A stretch of DNA of 62,896 nt, filler included, from Octopus bimaculoides (lineage: Eukaryota): NCBI RefSeq assembly GCF_001194135.2. It is 6 parts of 5 records of this genome, joined end to end, with 100 filler letters (N's around TTAATTAATTAA, not from the genome) between each part and the next. Parts side by side here need not be neighbours in the genome. Positions count along the whole stretch, not along the records: positions 60,677 to 62,896 come from NW_026389123.1; 5 more parts are not named here. One strand, given 5' to 3'. Shown here in pieces: positions 61,855 through 62,896 of this stretch. Position 1 is the stretch's first letter, and each line of letters starts with the position of its first letter. The position numbers and the translations under genes were made by a program. A model generated the notes under the pieces. That model saw only the letters and a list, made by a program, of their open reading frames with translations. It did not search any database and was not told the origin of the DNA.

Positions 61855-61956
61855 TGTCCCACTGCATGGCACCTTGGGAAAGTGTCTTCTACCATAGCTT
61901 CGGGCCAACCAAAGCCGTGTGAGTGGATTTGGTAGACGGAAACTGAAAGAAGCCTG

Positions 61957-61960
<4 letters not shown>
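61855..61960 (+). mobile_element. SINE family A internal fragment (5' end in gap)
   Basis: GTCCCACTGCATGGCACCTTGGGAAAGTGTCTTC...GAAACTGAAAGAAGCC. Confidence 0.85.
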
Positions 61961-61996
<36 letters not shown>

Positions 61997-62471
61997 GGGA
62001 GGGGTGTCTTGTTCTTCCTAGGACTCATAGGGCTGGTTATCCGGGTTTTATGACGCATAAGTGACTAAAACCATAAAAATCCCTCTAGCTAGCTAGCTAG
62101 CTAGCTAGATAGATAGATAGATTGATAGATAGATAGAGGGAGAAAGAGAAAGAGAGAGAGAGAGAGAATGAGAGTGTGGTAAATGGACAAACGGAGACTT
62201 GCAAGACTTGTACAGCTTGACGGTTAGCTTGTTAATTAGTTATGACGATTGTAACTTATCACTAATTAGTTATGCTAATTACAAATTAGATACACACAAT
62301 GGTCAGTGGAAGATGTCGAGTCTTAATTTCAGGAGCTTAATGTTAATTAGACATAACTACAGATTAAAAAAAAAAAAACATGCAGATTCTTAATTAACCA
62401 TTTGTAGATTGTTAATGAAGCGTGGTAAATTGATAATTAATGTTTGTAAATATAATTATAATCTACAATTA

Positions 62472-62585
62472 TGGCGGCGTGTGGCTTAGTGGTTAGGGGT
62501 GTTGCACACCGAATCGCAAAATTGTGGGTTCGACTCCTTTCACGTTGCTCCAGTTTTTTCTCCTGGCAAAAATGAGTGATCTTGC
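62472..62585 (+). mobile_element. SINE family C 5' fragment
   Basis: GGCGGCGTGTGGCTTAGTGGTTAGGGGTGTTG (A-box TGGCTTAGTGG), GGGTTCGACTCC (B-box), then TTTCACGTTGCTCCAG...CAAAAATGAGT. Confidence 0.7.
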
Positions 62586-62589
62586 GTCG

Positions 62590-62880
62590 CTTTTGCCGAA
62601 CCGCTAATTTATGGGACCGTAAACACACCAGCATTGGTTGTCAAGCGATGTTGGGGGGACAGACACAGACACACAAACACACATACAAACACACACACAC
62701 TCACATATATATATATATATGTAGAGAGGCTTCTTTCAGTTTCCGTCTATCACTCACAGGGATTTGGTCGGCTCAAGGCTACAGTAGAAGACACTTGCCC
62801 AAGGTGCCACGCCGTTGGACTGAACCCGGAACCATGTGAATAGTCAGCAAGCTACTTACCACATAGCCACTTCTGTGCCT
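62590..62880 (-). mobile_element. SINE family A (3'-truncated)
   Basis: Reverse complement of the family A head through the internal microsatellite into the 3' domain. Confidence 0.9.
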
Positions 62881-62896
62881 ATATATATATATATAT

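Noticed and set aside
62472-62540. tRNA-like sequence with A and B boxes (also all SINE heads)
   Set aside because: No complete cloverleaf or acceptor stem, and it continues into SINE body sequence, so it is a SINE head and not a tRNA gene.

Overview
AT-rich, non-coding eukaryotic DNA saturated with microsatellites and transposon debris; about 10% of the window (~6.5 kb) is N-gaps. The SINE families and repeat style point to an octopus genome, probably an Octopus bimaculoides-type short-read assembly (inference, not verified). I found no host protein-coding gene, rRNA, true tRNA or CRISPR array that I can support. Nearly all listed ORFs come from gaps or microsatellites. Recognisable content: (1) three tRNA-derived SINE families, about 30 copies or fragments (A: CORE-like with an internal microsatellite; B: Meta-domain-like; C: minor); (2) non-LTR remnants: four R4/Dong-like, three RTE-like, one L1/Tx1 RT and four Penelope-like GIY-YIG fragments; (3) DNA transposon remnants: mariner pieces and MITEs, Helitron ends with a PIF1-helicase fragment, and one piggyBac-like end; (4) several long inverted repeats. 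The best second-look items are a stack of six head-to-tail SINEs joined by (AAT)n next to an R4/Dong insertion, a back-to-back pair of near-intact hammerhead-ribozyme-like motifs, a mariner whose 3' end is replaced by an inverted copy of its 5' end, and several hairpins that could form dsRNA. I do not see convincing evidence of a wholly new gene system. All translations and alignments were done by eye and boundaries are approximate.
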